Shown here piece after piece: positions 8,428-17,434 of a stretch of 64,000 nt of DNA (position 1 is its first letter; each line of letters opens with the position of its first letter). The DNA comes from a virus: IMG/VR virus record IMGVR_UViG_3300045988_150084. The stretch is one strand, 5' to 3'. Both the position numbers and the translations under genes were made by a program. Below the pieces are notes generated by a model. That model did not search any database. It worked only from the letters and a program-made list of their open reading frames with translations, and was not told the origin of the DNA.

Positions 8428-8654
8428 TTGCTCCTCCTGTACTCCTCACAACTCCACGACAAATCTCCCATAGTGACAGGGGACTGTTTCATACTCTTTT
8501 TACAGAACTCAGAATCTTTATTTCTATGGCAGCTTGTCTCGGCGCAATCGGCTAAACAGAAGCAAATATCCGAACTTTTCCCTGTGTACTTCCATGTATG
8601 ATACTCCTTAGTCCCCAATTCTGGGTTTTGACCCACGACATCAAGGTTTTCCAT
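8424..8654 (-). CDS. Cys-rich small protein (76 aa)
   Basis: ORF track entry with multiple Cys pairs. Confidence 0.4.
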   Translation of the reverse strand: MENLDVVGQNPELGTKEYHTWKYTGKSSDICFCLADCAETSCHRNKDSEFCKKSMKQSPVTMGDLSWSCEEYRRSK

Positions 8655-8872
8655 TACTTGTTTCCTCCTCTGTTCAAAAACGACTTCTTGATATTCTTCA
8701 TCACACTTGCTGGAATACCAGCCGTAACACTCAGAGCAACCAATGTCTCCGATTTGCCGTCCGTATATCCATGAGAGTAATCACTTTCTTCTTTTGGAAT
8801 CATAGAAATTTCTTCACACACATCGGAGTACATACGGATAATTTCCTCTCTGATTTTATTGCTAAGTTCCAT
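8654..8872 (-). CDS. Hypothetical protein (72 aa)
   Basis: ORF track entry. Confidence 0.4.
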   Translation of the reverse strand: MELSNKIREEIIRMYSDVCEEISMIPKEESDYSHGYTDGKSETLVALSVTAGIPASVMKNIKKSFLNRGGNK

Positions 8873-9249
8873 TATTTATCCTCTCTTACCGTAATCCTTA
8901 ATGAGTCCTTACTTATTTCTCCTTCGATAAAAGAAATGATGTAGTCACCGTACAATTCGATTCGGAAGAATCCTCCATAAACAGAATTAATGAAAACAAT
9001 ACCTAATGAAAACTTGTCATGTATAACGCACACCTGTGTATCGTATTTATGTAAAAAGAGAGTCATATCGTTACCAATGACCACTTTATTATGTCCATTC
9101 ACGATAGAGGAAAAGAGGTCTTCAAGGGTTTTTATATTTTGGTAAGCGAGTTTTTTATTCTCCTTCGAAAAGTCTTGTATGTTCATCTTATAAGAGTGGA
9201 GCGTCACTACATTCCTTTCACCGAATACCGAACGTTCAATTATTTGCAT
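8872..9249 (-). CDS. Hypothetical protein (125 aa)
   Basis: ORF track entry. Confidence 0.45.
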   Translation of the reverse strand: MQIIERSVFGERNVVTLHSYKMNIQDFSKENKKLAYQNIKTLEDLFSSIVNGHNKVVIGNDMTLFLHKYDTQVCVIHDKFSLGIVFINSVYGGFFRIELYGDYIISFIEGEISKDSLRITVREDK

Positions 9250-9470
9250 TTCCAGTTTCCATCCTCAAATACTGCGTCAAAAGCATCCCCTGCTAAATAC
9301 TTTTTGTCAAAATCGCTTTCTGGAATAGCGCATCCACAGGTAAGACAATCCTCATCACAACCGTCACAATCCAGTTTATTCCGCGTACAGAAATCGCAAC
9401 ACATGTTGTTCATCTCGCAATCTTCAACAGCGTCCTTACACTTCAAAACACCACGACCTTTCCATGCCAT
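9240..9470 (-). CDS. Cys-rich metal-binding small protein (76 aa, about 13 Cys)
   Basis: Sequence contains CKDAVEDCEMNNMCCDFCTRNKLDCDGCDEDCLTCGC. Confidence 0.45.
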   Translation of the reverse strand: MAWKGRGVLKCKDAVEDCEMNNMCCDFCTRNKLDCDGCDEDCLTCGCAIPESDFDKKYLAGDAFDAVFEDGNWKCK

Positions 9471-9685
9471 CCTTCCTGCATAACCCTACAAACCAAGTTA
9501 TACGCTCCATCCTCTGTATATGTGTGTACCTTCGCTTTAGGTGGATATTTCTTTAGTTCGTGAATCATATCTTCCACAGTCATTCCCTTAATGTATGTAG
9601 CAAACCGTTTTCTCGATGGGGAGCGGTCAATATTTTCAACCTTCGTAATCATGCGTCGAACCCCAGATAGTAGTCCCAAGAGCAA
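9443..9685 (-). CDS. Hypothetical protein (80 aa)
   Basis: ORF track entry. Confidence 0.4.
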   Translation of the reverse strand: MLLGLLSGVRRMITKVENIDRSPSRKRFATYIKGMTVEDMIHELKKYPPKAKVHTYTEDGAYNLVCRVMQEGWHGKVVVF

Positions 9686-9769
9686 GCGACAGACACGGCC
9701 AGTTCGTACTTGCCCCAGCCGACTTCTCTTGCAAGCATAATGACTTCTTTCATTTTCTCGATTAGCTCA

Positions 9770-10018
9770 TCAATCTTCTCTTCTTTTTCCATTCGCTTTC
9801 CTCTCGAACCATAAACGGCATAACTCCTTCGCGTGATTTACCACGTTCACAATATCCTCATTTCCATTCACGTTGATGCTCATTTCTTTCAGCGTCCCCT
9901 GTATAGCATCATCGTAGATAGTAATTGTTATCAAATCTGAACCCACCACCTTTTTTAATGATATAAAGCGCCTCGGCAATCGCCCCAAGAAGCGCTCCAA
10001 AGATAAGCACGGCAACAT
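9770..10018 (-). CDS. Hypothetical protein (82 aa)
   Basis: ORF track entry. Confidence 0.4.
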   Translation of the reverse strand: MLPCLSLERFLGRLPRRFISLKKVVGSDLITITIYDDAIQGTLKEMSINVNGNEDIVNVVNHAKELCRLWFERKANGKRRED

Positions 10019-10100
10019 AGCTCAAAAAAGTAATCATAGTTACCTCAACTTTCTATGAATAAACTTGCAACTAATTAAAACAAATAGCATATAGTTACTG

Positions 10101-10322
10101 CTAAATCAGCATTTTAAGCTCCAAAAGCTCTTTTACAAGGGCCATAATCTTGCGCTTAATGCTGCATGCTGACGAAGCTGTGGTATAGCTGTAGCCCGCC
10201 GTCTTTCCAATCTCATCTGCATCAGCTCTTCCACAAACATCTCTACATAGAGAGTTCACAAGTAATCTACACAGCTCTGCTTTTTCCATAGTGAGTTCTG
10301 TTCTCTCATTCATATCTATCAC
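10101..10322 (-). CDS. Hypothetical protein (73 aa)
   Basis: ORF track entry. Confidence 0.35.
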   Translation of the reverse strand: MIDMNERTELTMEKAELCRLLVNSLCRDVCGRADADEIGKTAGYSYTTASSACSIKRKIMALVKELLELKMLI

Positions 10323-10325
10323 TCC

Positions 10326-10571
10326 TCAGATGATATGCTCTTCTGGCCGCAAAATGCCATTTTCTGTAAGCTCCCTCTCGTCAACAAATGTATACCGATT
10401 GACGAACAGCGGGCATCTGTGGCACTCAGGTAACGTATAGTCCGTCATTGCATCATACCTTCCCCCGCACAGATAGATTTTTCTGCCGCTAGTTGTCTTA
10501 ATTGATTCAACTGCGTTTCCTTTTCTCTTTTCCTCACCCTTGCGTACTAACTCACACGCGCTCTGTCTCAT
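10326..10571 (-). CDS. Hypothetical protein (81 aa) with a CxxC...C...C pattern
   Basis: ORF track entry. Confidence 0.4.
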   Translation of the reverse strand: MRQSACELVRKGEEKRKGNAVESIKTTSGRKIYLCGGRYDAMTDYTLPECHRCPLFVNRYTFVDERELTENGILRPEEHII

Positions 10572-10607
10572 ATTTCTTCCTCCGAATAGATAATATTTGT
10601 TTTACAT

Positions 10608-10970
10608 TCATTTCGTTTCGCGAACAACTTCCGCAATTCTAGAAATAAAATCTACAATATGGTCTTCTGTAATAGAAATATTATCTGGTGTGATAACAGA
10701 TGCAGCAATCATTGCATAGATTGTTTTTCTGTCTGGAATCAAAATCAATACAAGTGTGCATACAACTATGCTGGCAGTACAAATTTTTATTCCTTTAACT
10801 ACAAGCACCCTCATTTTTTCTAAATCAGAATTACTAGTAGTAAAGAATATACCAAACAACAATAGCAGCAAAATAGGCACAGAGATACATAAAACAATGG
10901 CTGATGAATTATAAATTACATCGGAGACATGAATAAGATAAAACCATGTCGGTGAGATAATCGCGTCCAT
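10608..10970 (-). CDS. Integral membrane protein (120 aa, about 3 TM)
   Basis: Hydrophobic stretches spread across the protein. Confidence 0.45.
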   Translation of the reverse strand: MDAIISPTWFYLIHVSDVIYNSSAIVLCISVPILLLLLFGIFFTTSNSDLEKMRVLVVKGIKICTASIVVCTLVLILIPDRKTIYAMIAASVITPDNISITEDHIVDFISRIAEVVRETK

Positions 10971-10987
10971 TTTGCTTAATCACCACC

Positions 10988-11191
10988 CTATATACGTATA
11001 CATTCAAAATCCATAACTTCTGGTGTCTGTTCATCTTTCTCAAGCCAGCCCTTTCCTGCTGGAACTACAAGCGCACCGCTTTTCCCGTCGATATAAATTA
11101 GGTCACCAGTCAAGATACTCCTGTCCGTGTTTCCCTTTGTTACCTTGTAGACTTTATTAGGCTCTAACCTCATTCGCGCTCCCTCCTCCAT
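10988..11191 (-). CDS. Hypothetical protein (67 aa)
   Basis: ORF track entry. Confidence 0.4.
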   Translation of the reverse strand: MEEGARMRLEPNKVYKVTKGNTDRSILTGDLIYIDGKSGALVVPAGKGWLEKDEQTPEVMDFECIRI

Positions 11192-11388
11192 TTCACACCG
11201 TAAATATCAAACTTGTAGAGCAGAATCCAAAATGGATATTGGATTCTTTTCAAATATTCAAATTTACGATTAATAACACGTTGAATCTTTTTGGCTTTCT
11301 GTTCGTCTTTTATAGAATCCCTCCATTCGACTAATTCAAGGATTCCCATAAAGCATGTATATCCTGATTCTCTTGTGTGTCTGCTCAT
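11170..11388 (-). CDS. Hypothetical protein (72 aa)
   Basis: ORF track entry. Confidence 0.35.
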   Translation of the reverse strand: MSRHTRESGYTCFMGILELVEWRDSIKDEQKAKKIQRVINRKFEYLKRIQYPFWILLYKFDIYGVKWRRERE

Positions 11389-11397
11389 CTTATTGCA

Positions 11398-11985
11398 TTA
11401 CATACGCCCTTTCTCTAAGCAATCTATTTCCCTATTGAGATACCACGCAGCTTTTCGGAGGTCTTGTAAGCTGTCGGCGGTCTTGTGCCCGGCGCGGGCG
11501 ATGTACTTGACTACGTTGCCGAGGTTAAAGCCGAGTCCCCATGCTTCGATGGCGTCGATAGCTTCAACACCGCCTGTCTTGTAATACGATGGATGATTAA
11601 CGGCTTCACGTTTCTCGATATGTTCAAGCTGCTCTTGTGCATACGTCGGAGCATCATCAGAGCCATGATTATCTTTTATTCCTGCTTCGTGTTTCCACAT
11701 ATCCTCAAGTGCAAATCTACAACCTATTGTACCCGGATTGCACCCGCACGAGTTCTTACACCTGCATTTACCGCAATTAGTCTTAGTCCTTACAAAATCA
11801 CGCGCCGCATAAGAGAGCGCCTGTTTGTATCTCGTGACCATCTGCTTTTCTTTTTTCGTATTCATTAGCTCTTCTTTCTCTTTAAGGTCTGCAAGCTGCT
11901 CCTGCGCGTATGTCGGAGCGTCAATGATGCAATCTTCTGCATCAATTTCATTTCCGTTTGTGTCGTAATGTACTGTTCTGCTCAT
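11398..11985 (-). CDS. DUF3310-family phage protein with an internally duplicated DAPTYAQEQL segment and a Cys cluster
   Basis: The C-terminal HPSYYKTGGVEAIDAIEAWGLGFNLGNVVKYIARAGHK...DLRKAAWYL fits the DUF3310 pattern. The tandem motif is visible in the sequence. Confidence 0.5.
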   Translation of the reverse strand: MSRTVHYDTNGNEIDAEDCIIDAPTYAQEQLADLKEKEELMNTKKEKQMVTRYKQALSYAARDFVRTKTNCGKCRCKNSCGCNPGTIGCRFALEDMWKHEAGIKDNHGSDDAPTYAQEQLEHIEKREAVNHPSYYKTGGVEAIDAIEAWGLGFNLGNVVKYIARAGHKTADSLQDLRKAAWYLNREIDCLEKGRM

Positions 11986-12002
11986 CTTCTTCTCCCTTCC
12001 TC

Positions 12003-12227
12003 CTATCCGCGTCCCATCATCTTGTTTACGATTCCATCTACCTCAGCCTTTTCATCATCGCTCAGATTGTCGTATTGAGGTGCGATAAACTCGGTTTCTT
12101 TCAGGGCTTTAAGTAGCGACTTTGCGAGAAAACTAAAGACACTTTTCGGAATGTCTGCTCCGCTCTTGTTCAGAATGTCCATGATTTCAGCTATTGCCAA
12201 AACGTCTGAAAGTTTATCCTTGTTCAT
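12003..12227 (-). CDS. Hypothetical acidic protein (74 aa)
   Basis: ORF track entry. Confidence 0.4.
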   Translation of the reverse strand: MNKDKLSDVLAIAEIMDILNKSGADIPKSVFSFLAKSLLKALKETEFIAPQYDNLSDDEKAEVDGIVNKMMGRG

Positions 12228-12736
12228 CTTCTTCTCCTCTTCTTCAAATGACTAATCTCTCTCATCAATCCAGCGAGGAAAACCTTATCCTTACTGTTCC
12301 ATGACTTTTTTAATTCTCTTGATAATGAACGAATCAGGTACATTTTCATGTCATTTTCCCTCGATTTGCTCATACTCTTTCTCTTAGCTTTCTTCACACA
12401 TTCAAGGTCAGTACCTACAAGAACGCCTATCTCATCGGGAATCTTGTCCTTCACGGCCTGATATAAAGCTCTCGGCATGACATAGTAGTTGTAGTGACCT
12501 TCAAAATTGTGTCCGTGCTTGCTGTGGAAATCCCCCTCAGAAACCTTTATCTCATAGCACCAGATTGTCCCCTTCGTGTTTGTCTGCATAAAGTCAACGC
12601 GCTTTTTTCCATACCAGCCAATAGTTACCTCTGGACAACCGAAAGTTCTGAACTCTACCGTTTTTCTGATAAGGGCATGTTCCAGCTTTAGTGTTTCTTC
12701 GCTTTTCATGCTAACCTCTTCAATACTCGAAAGCAC
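12224..12736 (-). CDS. Putative PD-(D/E)XK-fold nuclease (VRR-NUC/MmcB-like) with a basic C-terminus
   Basis: A D...YEIK arrangement (RVDFMQ...IWCYEIKVSEGD). The assignment is weak. Confidence 0.35.
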   Translation of the reverse strand: MLSSIEEVSMKSEETLKLEHALIRKTVEFRTFGCPEVTIGWYGKKRVDFMQTNTKGTIWCYEIKVSEGDFHSKHGHNFEGHYNYYVMPRALYQAVKDKIPDEIGVLVGTDLECVKKAKRKSMSKSRENDMKMYLIRSLSRELKKSWNSKDKVFLAGLMREISHLKKRRRR

Positions 12737-13020
12737 AAATCATCCACGGTAACATTTTGATTAGCTCTTGTGTACCTGTGCTCCCTTTTATTCCTTTCGT
12801 GTTTGATAGGGACGCATAACGCTTCTTCCCCGATATGCAATCCCTTGAATGAACGGTTATTCGCCTGTACCGCTCCCATCTCCTCAATAATTCTCTTGGT
12901 GCAAGGATGTCCTATATAGTGTGGAACACCTTCGATATGTACCGCTTTTCGAGGAATGGTATAGATACTGTAAACACCGTCTTTAGGCATCACGCTAGTC
13001 GATAAAACTGCCACAATCAT
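12706..13020 (-). CDS. Hypothetical protein (104 aa)
   Basis: ORF track entry. Confidence 0.35.
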   Translation of the reverse strand: MIVAVLSTSVMPKDGVYSIYTIPRKAVHIEGVPHYIGHPCTKRIIEEMGAVQANNRSFKGLHIGEEALCVPIKHERNKREHRYTRANQNVTVDDLCFRVLKRLA

Positions 13021-13907
13021 TTCTTTTTATGTGCGCTCCTTCCGAAAGAACAATACTTCCAGACTGGACAGAACCCTGCACACTTGCGCCCTCCCCATCT
13101 CTCTCGATAAGAACATGGAGGAGGAGTTACATGAGCTTCTAGTGCTTCTTGCAACCTGTGAGCCTTGGTCAGCATGTACTTCTGAATCCACTCATCGGAA
13201 ATCTTATTGATACGGATAAGCTGCATATTGGTATTCACACCGCGGTCACGAGCAGAAAACGTCCCAGCATCGCGTGTAAATATCTCCACTTGCATATCAT
13301 CAACAGGAAGGCCGATAGACTCTACCATTATCCGATAAGCATTGAGCTGAATGGCAACATCATGTACATCCCTGATACCGCGCGTGTAGTATGTTTTGTA
13401 CTTCTTCTTACCGTTCCTCCACTTCTCTTGCTTTCCGTCCTTACCGATGACAGGTTCTTTATGCTTGACCAGCCCCATCGCATGAGCCGTCTTAAGGCTC
13501 CCATAGGTCTTCACGTCGTACAGGATATGTCTCTTGCCATCATAGCAGTCAAACTGTCCTGTATACGTCCCTGTTGGGTCTGTGAGCCGTTTCTCTGCAA
13601 CCATCTGGTCATTCTCAAGGAACTGTTCGAGGAAAGCATGACAGCCTGTACCAAAGATAGCGAAAATACTGTCTTGTGGGTTGATTGAGTAGTTCCTCGT
13701 TAGCTTCAAATACTCTTCTCTAGTCCCACTAAGGAGCTGCGTAGCAGATGGCTTTCCAGTCCACTCTCTTTGCTCTGAAATAGCCTTGAGCGTCCTGTGA
13801 GATAAGCACCTCCCTGCATCAAAACATCCTCCGATTCGACACTTCGTTAAACACTTCTCGATTTGCACATCCTTCCCATCAGGGCAGATGTATTTGTTAT
13901 ATGGCAA
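13017..13907 (-). CDS. Cas4/RecB-family PD-(D/E)XK exonuclease with a 4-Cys Fe-S cluster; likely the exonuclease partner of the SSAP
   Basis: LYDVKTYG is a motif III hhDYKT-like sequence and QLNAYRIMV is a QhxxY motif. An N-terminal Cys plus the C-terminal C-x10-C-x3-C-x5-C give the Fe-S cluster. It sits next to the Rad52-like gene. Confidence 0.6.
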   Translation of the reverse strand: MPYNKYICPDGKDVQIEKCLTKCRIGGCFDAGRCLSHRTLKAISEQREWTGKPSATQLLSGTREEYLKLTRNYSINPQDSIFAIFGTGCHAFLEQFLENDQMVAEKRLTDPTGTYTGQFDCYDGKRHILYDVKTYGSLKTAHAMGLVKHKEPVIGKDGKQEKWRNGKKKYKTYYTRGIRDVHDVAIQLNAYRIMVESIGLPVDDMQVEIFTRDAGTFSARDRGVNTNMQLIRINKISDEWIQKYMLTKAHRLQEALEAHVTPPPCSYRERWGGRKCAGFCPVWKYCSFGRSAHKKK

Positions 13908-13931
13908 TTTATCACTTCTCCTCTGTCTATT

Positions 13932-15899
13932 TTAATCTGCGAGACGGATTCTACTCGTATTCAAATCCATCACTAGCTCTACTTCTTCCACCTTCGTACC
14001 ATGTCTAGCCTTGCCAACACCGAGCATGACCTTGTTCTTCTTTAGCTCCGCTTCTTCTGGCATAAGCTCTGGATTTTTACCTGGCCTCCACAGCAGGAAG
14101 ATGTTATCCGCACTCGCTTCAAGGTCGCCGCCGCCTTTGAGGTCTGCCATGCTAGGCTTCTCCCAGATACGGCTACCGCGATTCAACTGACTCAGAACAA
14201 CCACATGAATGTTATTGTCTTTTGCAAGTGGTTTCATTCCTTTAGCCGTCTCAGCAAGAAACTCGAACTGAGAACAGTTCTTCATATACTGAATGTAGTC
14301 GATAAAAACAACATCCAACTGCCCCTCGAAGAGCTTTGCGTTTGCATCCTTGATGTAAGAATCCACCTGTTTGATGTCCAGACCGTTCTTATCAATAATG
14401 TACAGATGTTCCTTGAGCTTATCGAGACAGTTATATACGAGCACATCTCCCTGCTTAATCATCTCGTCAACGATTTCAACAGGTCTTGCCAGCATACACG
14501 CCAGCACGCGCTCATAAAGTGCTCCTGCGCTCATCTCCATTGAGAAATAGAGGATATTCTTACGCTGTCTCACCACCATATCCACGCACATACAGACGGT
14601 GATGAAGGTCTTTCCTGCGCCGCTATATCCACCAATGAAGGTAACATCCTTACGCCGTCCCCCACCTCTCACACCATCGTCAACAGCTGTGATACCATAC
14701 TGGACGCTCTTCTCTTCAAGCATCGCTCTCGTCTCTTCTAGGCATTGCTCTGGCGCTTTGAAATCCTCATCGAGACGAATATCCTCTTGTGACACATGTA
14801 AGAAATCAAGAATTGCAGGACGCTCCAGTTTCCATCTCTTAGCAAGCATGTCGGCAATAGAAATTAATGTCAAGTTGTCTTTGATACTCTTTGAAAAGCT
14901 CTCCGCTACCTTCTTCTCTGCCGATTCGGAGGAACATTTATTAAGCTCCTGTTCCAACACAAAGAGGTCAAGCGATACACGTTCAAGAGAGTCGAGGTCA
15001 TTGTTTCCCTTTGTAAAATACTCATTAGCGTCCTTGATACCGTCAGGAAGAATCAGCACCTCGAACGGCACATCGGCGGCATATTTCAGAACGTTCTTCC
15101 TCACCTTTGTTAGCAGCGGATAAGCTACACCGTCATTATCAGGGACGAGCACCACGGTAAGAGACTCATATATCCTATGAATCTTTTGTAGCTCTTCGAG
15201 GTGATATTTAGACGGCTGAGAGGAATTGTAGGCAACCGCCGCATATCCAGCTTGGTGAAGACTCATCGCGTCGAAGAATCCTTCTACGAGAAACAGCGTA
15301 TTGGTAAGTCGTTCTTTCGCCCCTCTGAGGTTGAACAGGAACTTAGATTTCGTAAAAATATCGTCGTTCTTGTTGGTTAGATACTTAGGAGTTCCCTCGA
15401 ATCGCCGTAAAGCATAGCCGACATAGCGACCGTTAGTATCGACAAACGGAATAAACACATTTCCATGATTATCCGCGCCCAACGTAAACTCATTAATCGT
15501 TTCTTCTGTAAGACCGCGTTCTTTTGTGAGGTAGTCATGCACGACCTTGACGTTTTTGTGATACGTCTCTGCCGCTTCTTCGTTGTAGTTGACGATACTC
15601 TTGCGCTTCACATACCCTTCGTCTTGAGAAATATCAACGTTAAGCTCGTCAGCAAGAATCTCACAAGCGGTAAAGAAGTCAACCTGTTCCATTTCCTCGA
15701 TTAGATTGATTACATCACCGCTCTTGCCACACGCCCAACAATGAAACGTCTTATGGTCATACACGCAGAACTCCGTGGCATTGTCGTGCTTGCAAATCGG
15801 ACAGACACCACGATATACATTTCCCTGACATGTAAGCTCCGTGAACTTCTCGCAATACTCCACGAGGTCTATCTGGTCGATTAGTGCTCTTAAAATCAT
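13932..15899 (-). CDS. Bifunctional DNA primase-helicase (DnaG-type zinc finger and TOPRIM fused to a DnaB-like helicase)
   Basis: The N-terminus has the CHC2 zinc finger CPICKHDNATEFCVYDHKTFHCWACGKSG. The TOPRIM motif is LVEGFFDAMSLHQAGY and the helicase Walker A is GGYSGAGKTF. Confidence 0.8.
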   Translation of the reverse strand: MILRALIDQIDLVEYCEKFTELTCQGNVYRGVCPICKHDNATEFCVYDHKTFHCWACGKSGDVINLIEEMEQVDFFTACEILADELNVDISQDEGYVKRKSIVNYNEEAAETYHKNVKVVHDYLTKERGLTEETINEFTLGADNHGNVFIPFVDTNGRYVGYALRRFEGTPKYLTNKNDDIFTKSKFLFNLRGAKERLTNTLFLVEGFFDAMSLHQAGYAAVAYNSSQPSKYHLEELQKIHRIYESLTVVLVPDNDGVAYPLLTKVRKNVLKYAADVPFEVLILPDGIKDANEYFTKGNNDLDSLERVSLDLFVLEQELNKCSSESAEKKVAESFSKSIKDNLTLISIADMLAKRWKLERPAILDFLHVSQEDIRLDEDFKAPEQCLEETRAMLEEKSVQYGITAVDDGVRGGGRRKDVTFIGGYSGAGKTFITVCMCVDMVVRQRKNILYFSMEMSAGALYERVLACMLARPVEIVDEMIKQGDVLVYNCLDKLKEHLYIIDKNGLDIKQVDSYIKDANAKLFEGQLDVVFIDYIQYMKNCSQFEFLAETAKGMKPLAKDNNIHVVVLSQLNRGSRIWEKPSMADLKGGGDLEASADNIFLLWRPGKNPELMPEEAELKKNKVMLGVGKARHGTKVEEVELVMDLNTSRIRLAD

Positions 15900-16288
15900 G
15901 TACCAAGAAATCCTTTCAAGTCGATGTCATATTCCTTCTTATCCGTAATACTCTTAACGGCTTTCTTCTCTTCTTCGGACTGCCGACTCTCAACCCATAT
16001 CTGAGATATACGCTCAAGTGAGTACACATCTTCAACAGGAATCTCCGTCTCAGTCAGCATCACACAGATATTCTTTATGGTCTGCCGTGGTAGCTTCATA
16101 AGATAACTCCGACAAATGAAATACTCCTTACGCGGCTTACCTCCTACGAATGGTTTCAGATGGATATTTTGAAGCCAAGTGAGACAGCACTTATGCACCT
16201 GTTTATTGAAATCCATCTTACTAAATTCTATAATTTCCTCCTTAGTCATACAGTCACCTCCTTGAATCGTATCAATAAAGTGTTTCAT
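15896..16288 (-). CDS. Hypothetical protein (130 aa)
   Basis: ORF track entry. Confidence 0.45.
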   Translation of the reverse strand: MKHFIDTIQGGDCMTKEEIIEFSKMDFNKQVHKCCLTWLQNIHLKPFVGGKPRKEYFICRSYLMKLPRQTIKNICVMLTETEIPVEDVYSLERISQIWVESRQSEEEKKAVKSITDKKEYDIDLKGFLGT

Positions 16289-16397
16289 AAAGTAGTATCT
16301 ATTTATATTTGATAGTATAAGTTACTACTCTATGGGTAAAAAAAGATGTAAGTATTACACGAAAAGACGGCCTGTTATGACCGTCCACGGAATAGTA

Positions 16398-17111
16398 TTA
16401 TTTACGAGGGAACTTGAAATCAAGCACCTTGGCCGCAGCCTCCTTGAGAACTGGGTCATTGCTGTTGAACTTCATCCACGTCAGAGACTTCATAGAAACC
16501 TCGGACAACTTTTTACCGTTGTTCATACTGCCGTCACTCACCACCATATCGAGGAGCTTCTGGATTTCCTCAGGTGCATTTGCCGTATCGACAGGCTTCT
16601 GATATGTGCTGCTTGAGCCGTAGGACTGCCGCTTGTCATACTCTACCTTGGCTTCGAGATTGCCACTACGCTCGTTCTCTGGGAGCGCCCAATCGGGGAG
16701 AGTAATCTTACCGTAGAAGCGTCCATTATGCAGGTCAACGCGCGGAGAATCAAGCTCATAGAGGTAGCGACCAATACCGAGCTGTGCCGCGGCACGCTTG
16801 AGAGCACCAGAGATAGCACCCTTGAGAGGAGAAGCCTGTTCCGTGAACTCAGCTCCGTCCGACTTGATGATAGTCTTGCCGCCGAACTCACACGCCAGAG
16901 TGCAGATAACACCCTTAGAGCAAGTCTCAAAACTGTCTTTCCAGCCCTCTACGCCGAAGACCTCATCGAGACGGTTCTGGATGCCACGTGCCGAGACATA
17001 GGCAAGCATCGTGCCGCTCTGACGGTCTTTGAAGGTACTACCTACACGCCACTCAATCTCTTTGCTGGAAAACGGTGCGCGGAGCAGTTCAGCTACATTT
17101 TTTTCTGCCAT
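16398..17111 (-). CDS. Rad52-family single-strand annealing protein (Sak-like)
   Basis: YVSARGIQNRLDEVFGVEGWKD...KGAISGALKRAAAQLGIGRYLY parallels the Rad52 N-terminal domain. The likely start is the ATG at 17111 with a GGAGGAAG RBS; the ORF track starts upstream at 17177. Confidence 0.65.
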   Translation of the reverse strand: MAEKNVAELLRAPFSSKEIEWRVGSTFKDRQSGTMLAYVSARGIQNRLDEVFGVEGWKDSFETCSKGVICTLACEFGGKTIIKSDGAEFTEQASPLKGAISGALKRAAAQLGIGRYLYELDSPRVDLHNGRFYGKITLPDWALPENERSGNLEAKVEYDKRQSYGSSSTYQKPVDTANAPEEIQKLLDMVVSDGSMNNGKKLSEVSMKSLTWMKFNSNDPVLKEAAAKVLDFKFPRK

Positions 17112-17286
17112 TTTGTTCTTCCTCCATCTTGAACTGAATATTAACCTTTGGCACATAGCGAGTACCGTGAGAATCAACGGCGTAAATCCTGATTGGAATA
17201 CCGTGTTTTATACAGTTTTTGCAATAAGCTGTTGCTTCGTTTACTTCGTCCGTGAGCACTCCAAATTCTTCGTGGATAAACGTCAT
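17089..17286 (-). CDS. Small CxxC protein (65 aa) leading the recombination operon; contains the spacer-2 protospacer
   Basis: An AGGAGG RBS sits 8 nt upstream of the ATG at 17286, and the protein has a CKNC motif. It overlaps the SSAP start. Confidence 0.45.
   Translation of the reverse strand: MTFIHEEFGVLTDEVNEATAYCKNCIKHGIPIRIYAVDSHGTRYVPKVNIQFKMEEEQNGRKKCS
17204..17243 (-). other. Protospacer-like self-match: 40/40 identity to spacer 2 of the array at 59539-59578 (in the reverse-complement sense)
   Basis: Checked base by base: plus strand 17204-17243 reads tgttttatacagtttttgcaataagctgttgcttcgttta, the reverse complement of spacer 2. Its position within ORF 17089..17286 was confirmed against that ORF's translation. 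Confidence 0.9.
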
Positions 17287-17434
17287 TCTTACGACCTCCT
17301 ATGTGATAATACCAGTATAGCAGAGTTAGAGCTTTACGTCAATAAAAAATTCATTTACCCAGTAATACTTTTCGGCAGACGTTCTCGTGGTAAATCAATA
17401 ATAGCACTTTGTTCGATTAGTGTCAATCTTAACT

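Noticed and set aside
8249-8449. 66-aa ORF 8249..8449 (minus)
   Set aside because: Its Arg/Ser-rich composition is implausible and it has no RBS. A different frame in the same interval encodes a 54-aa hydrophobic protein with a consensus RBS (8263..8427), which I prefer.
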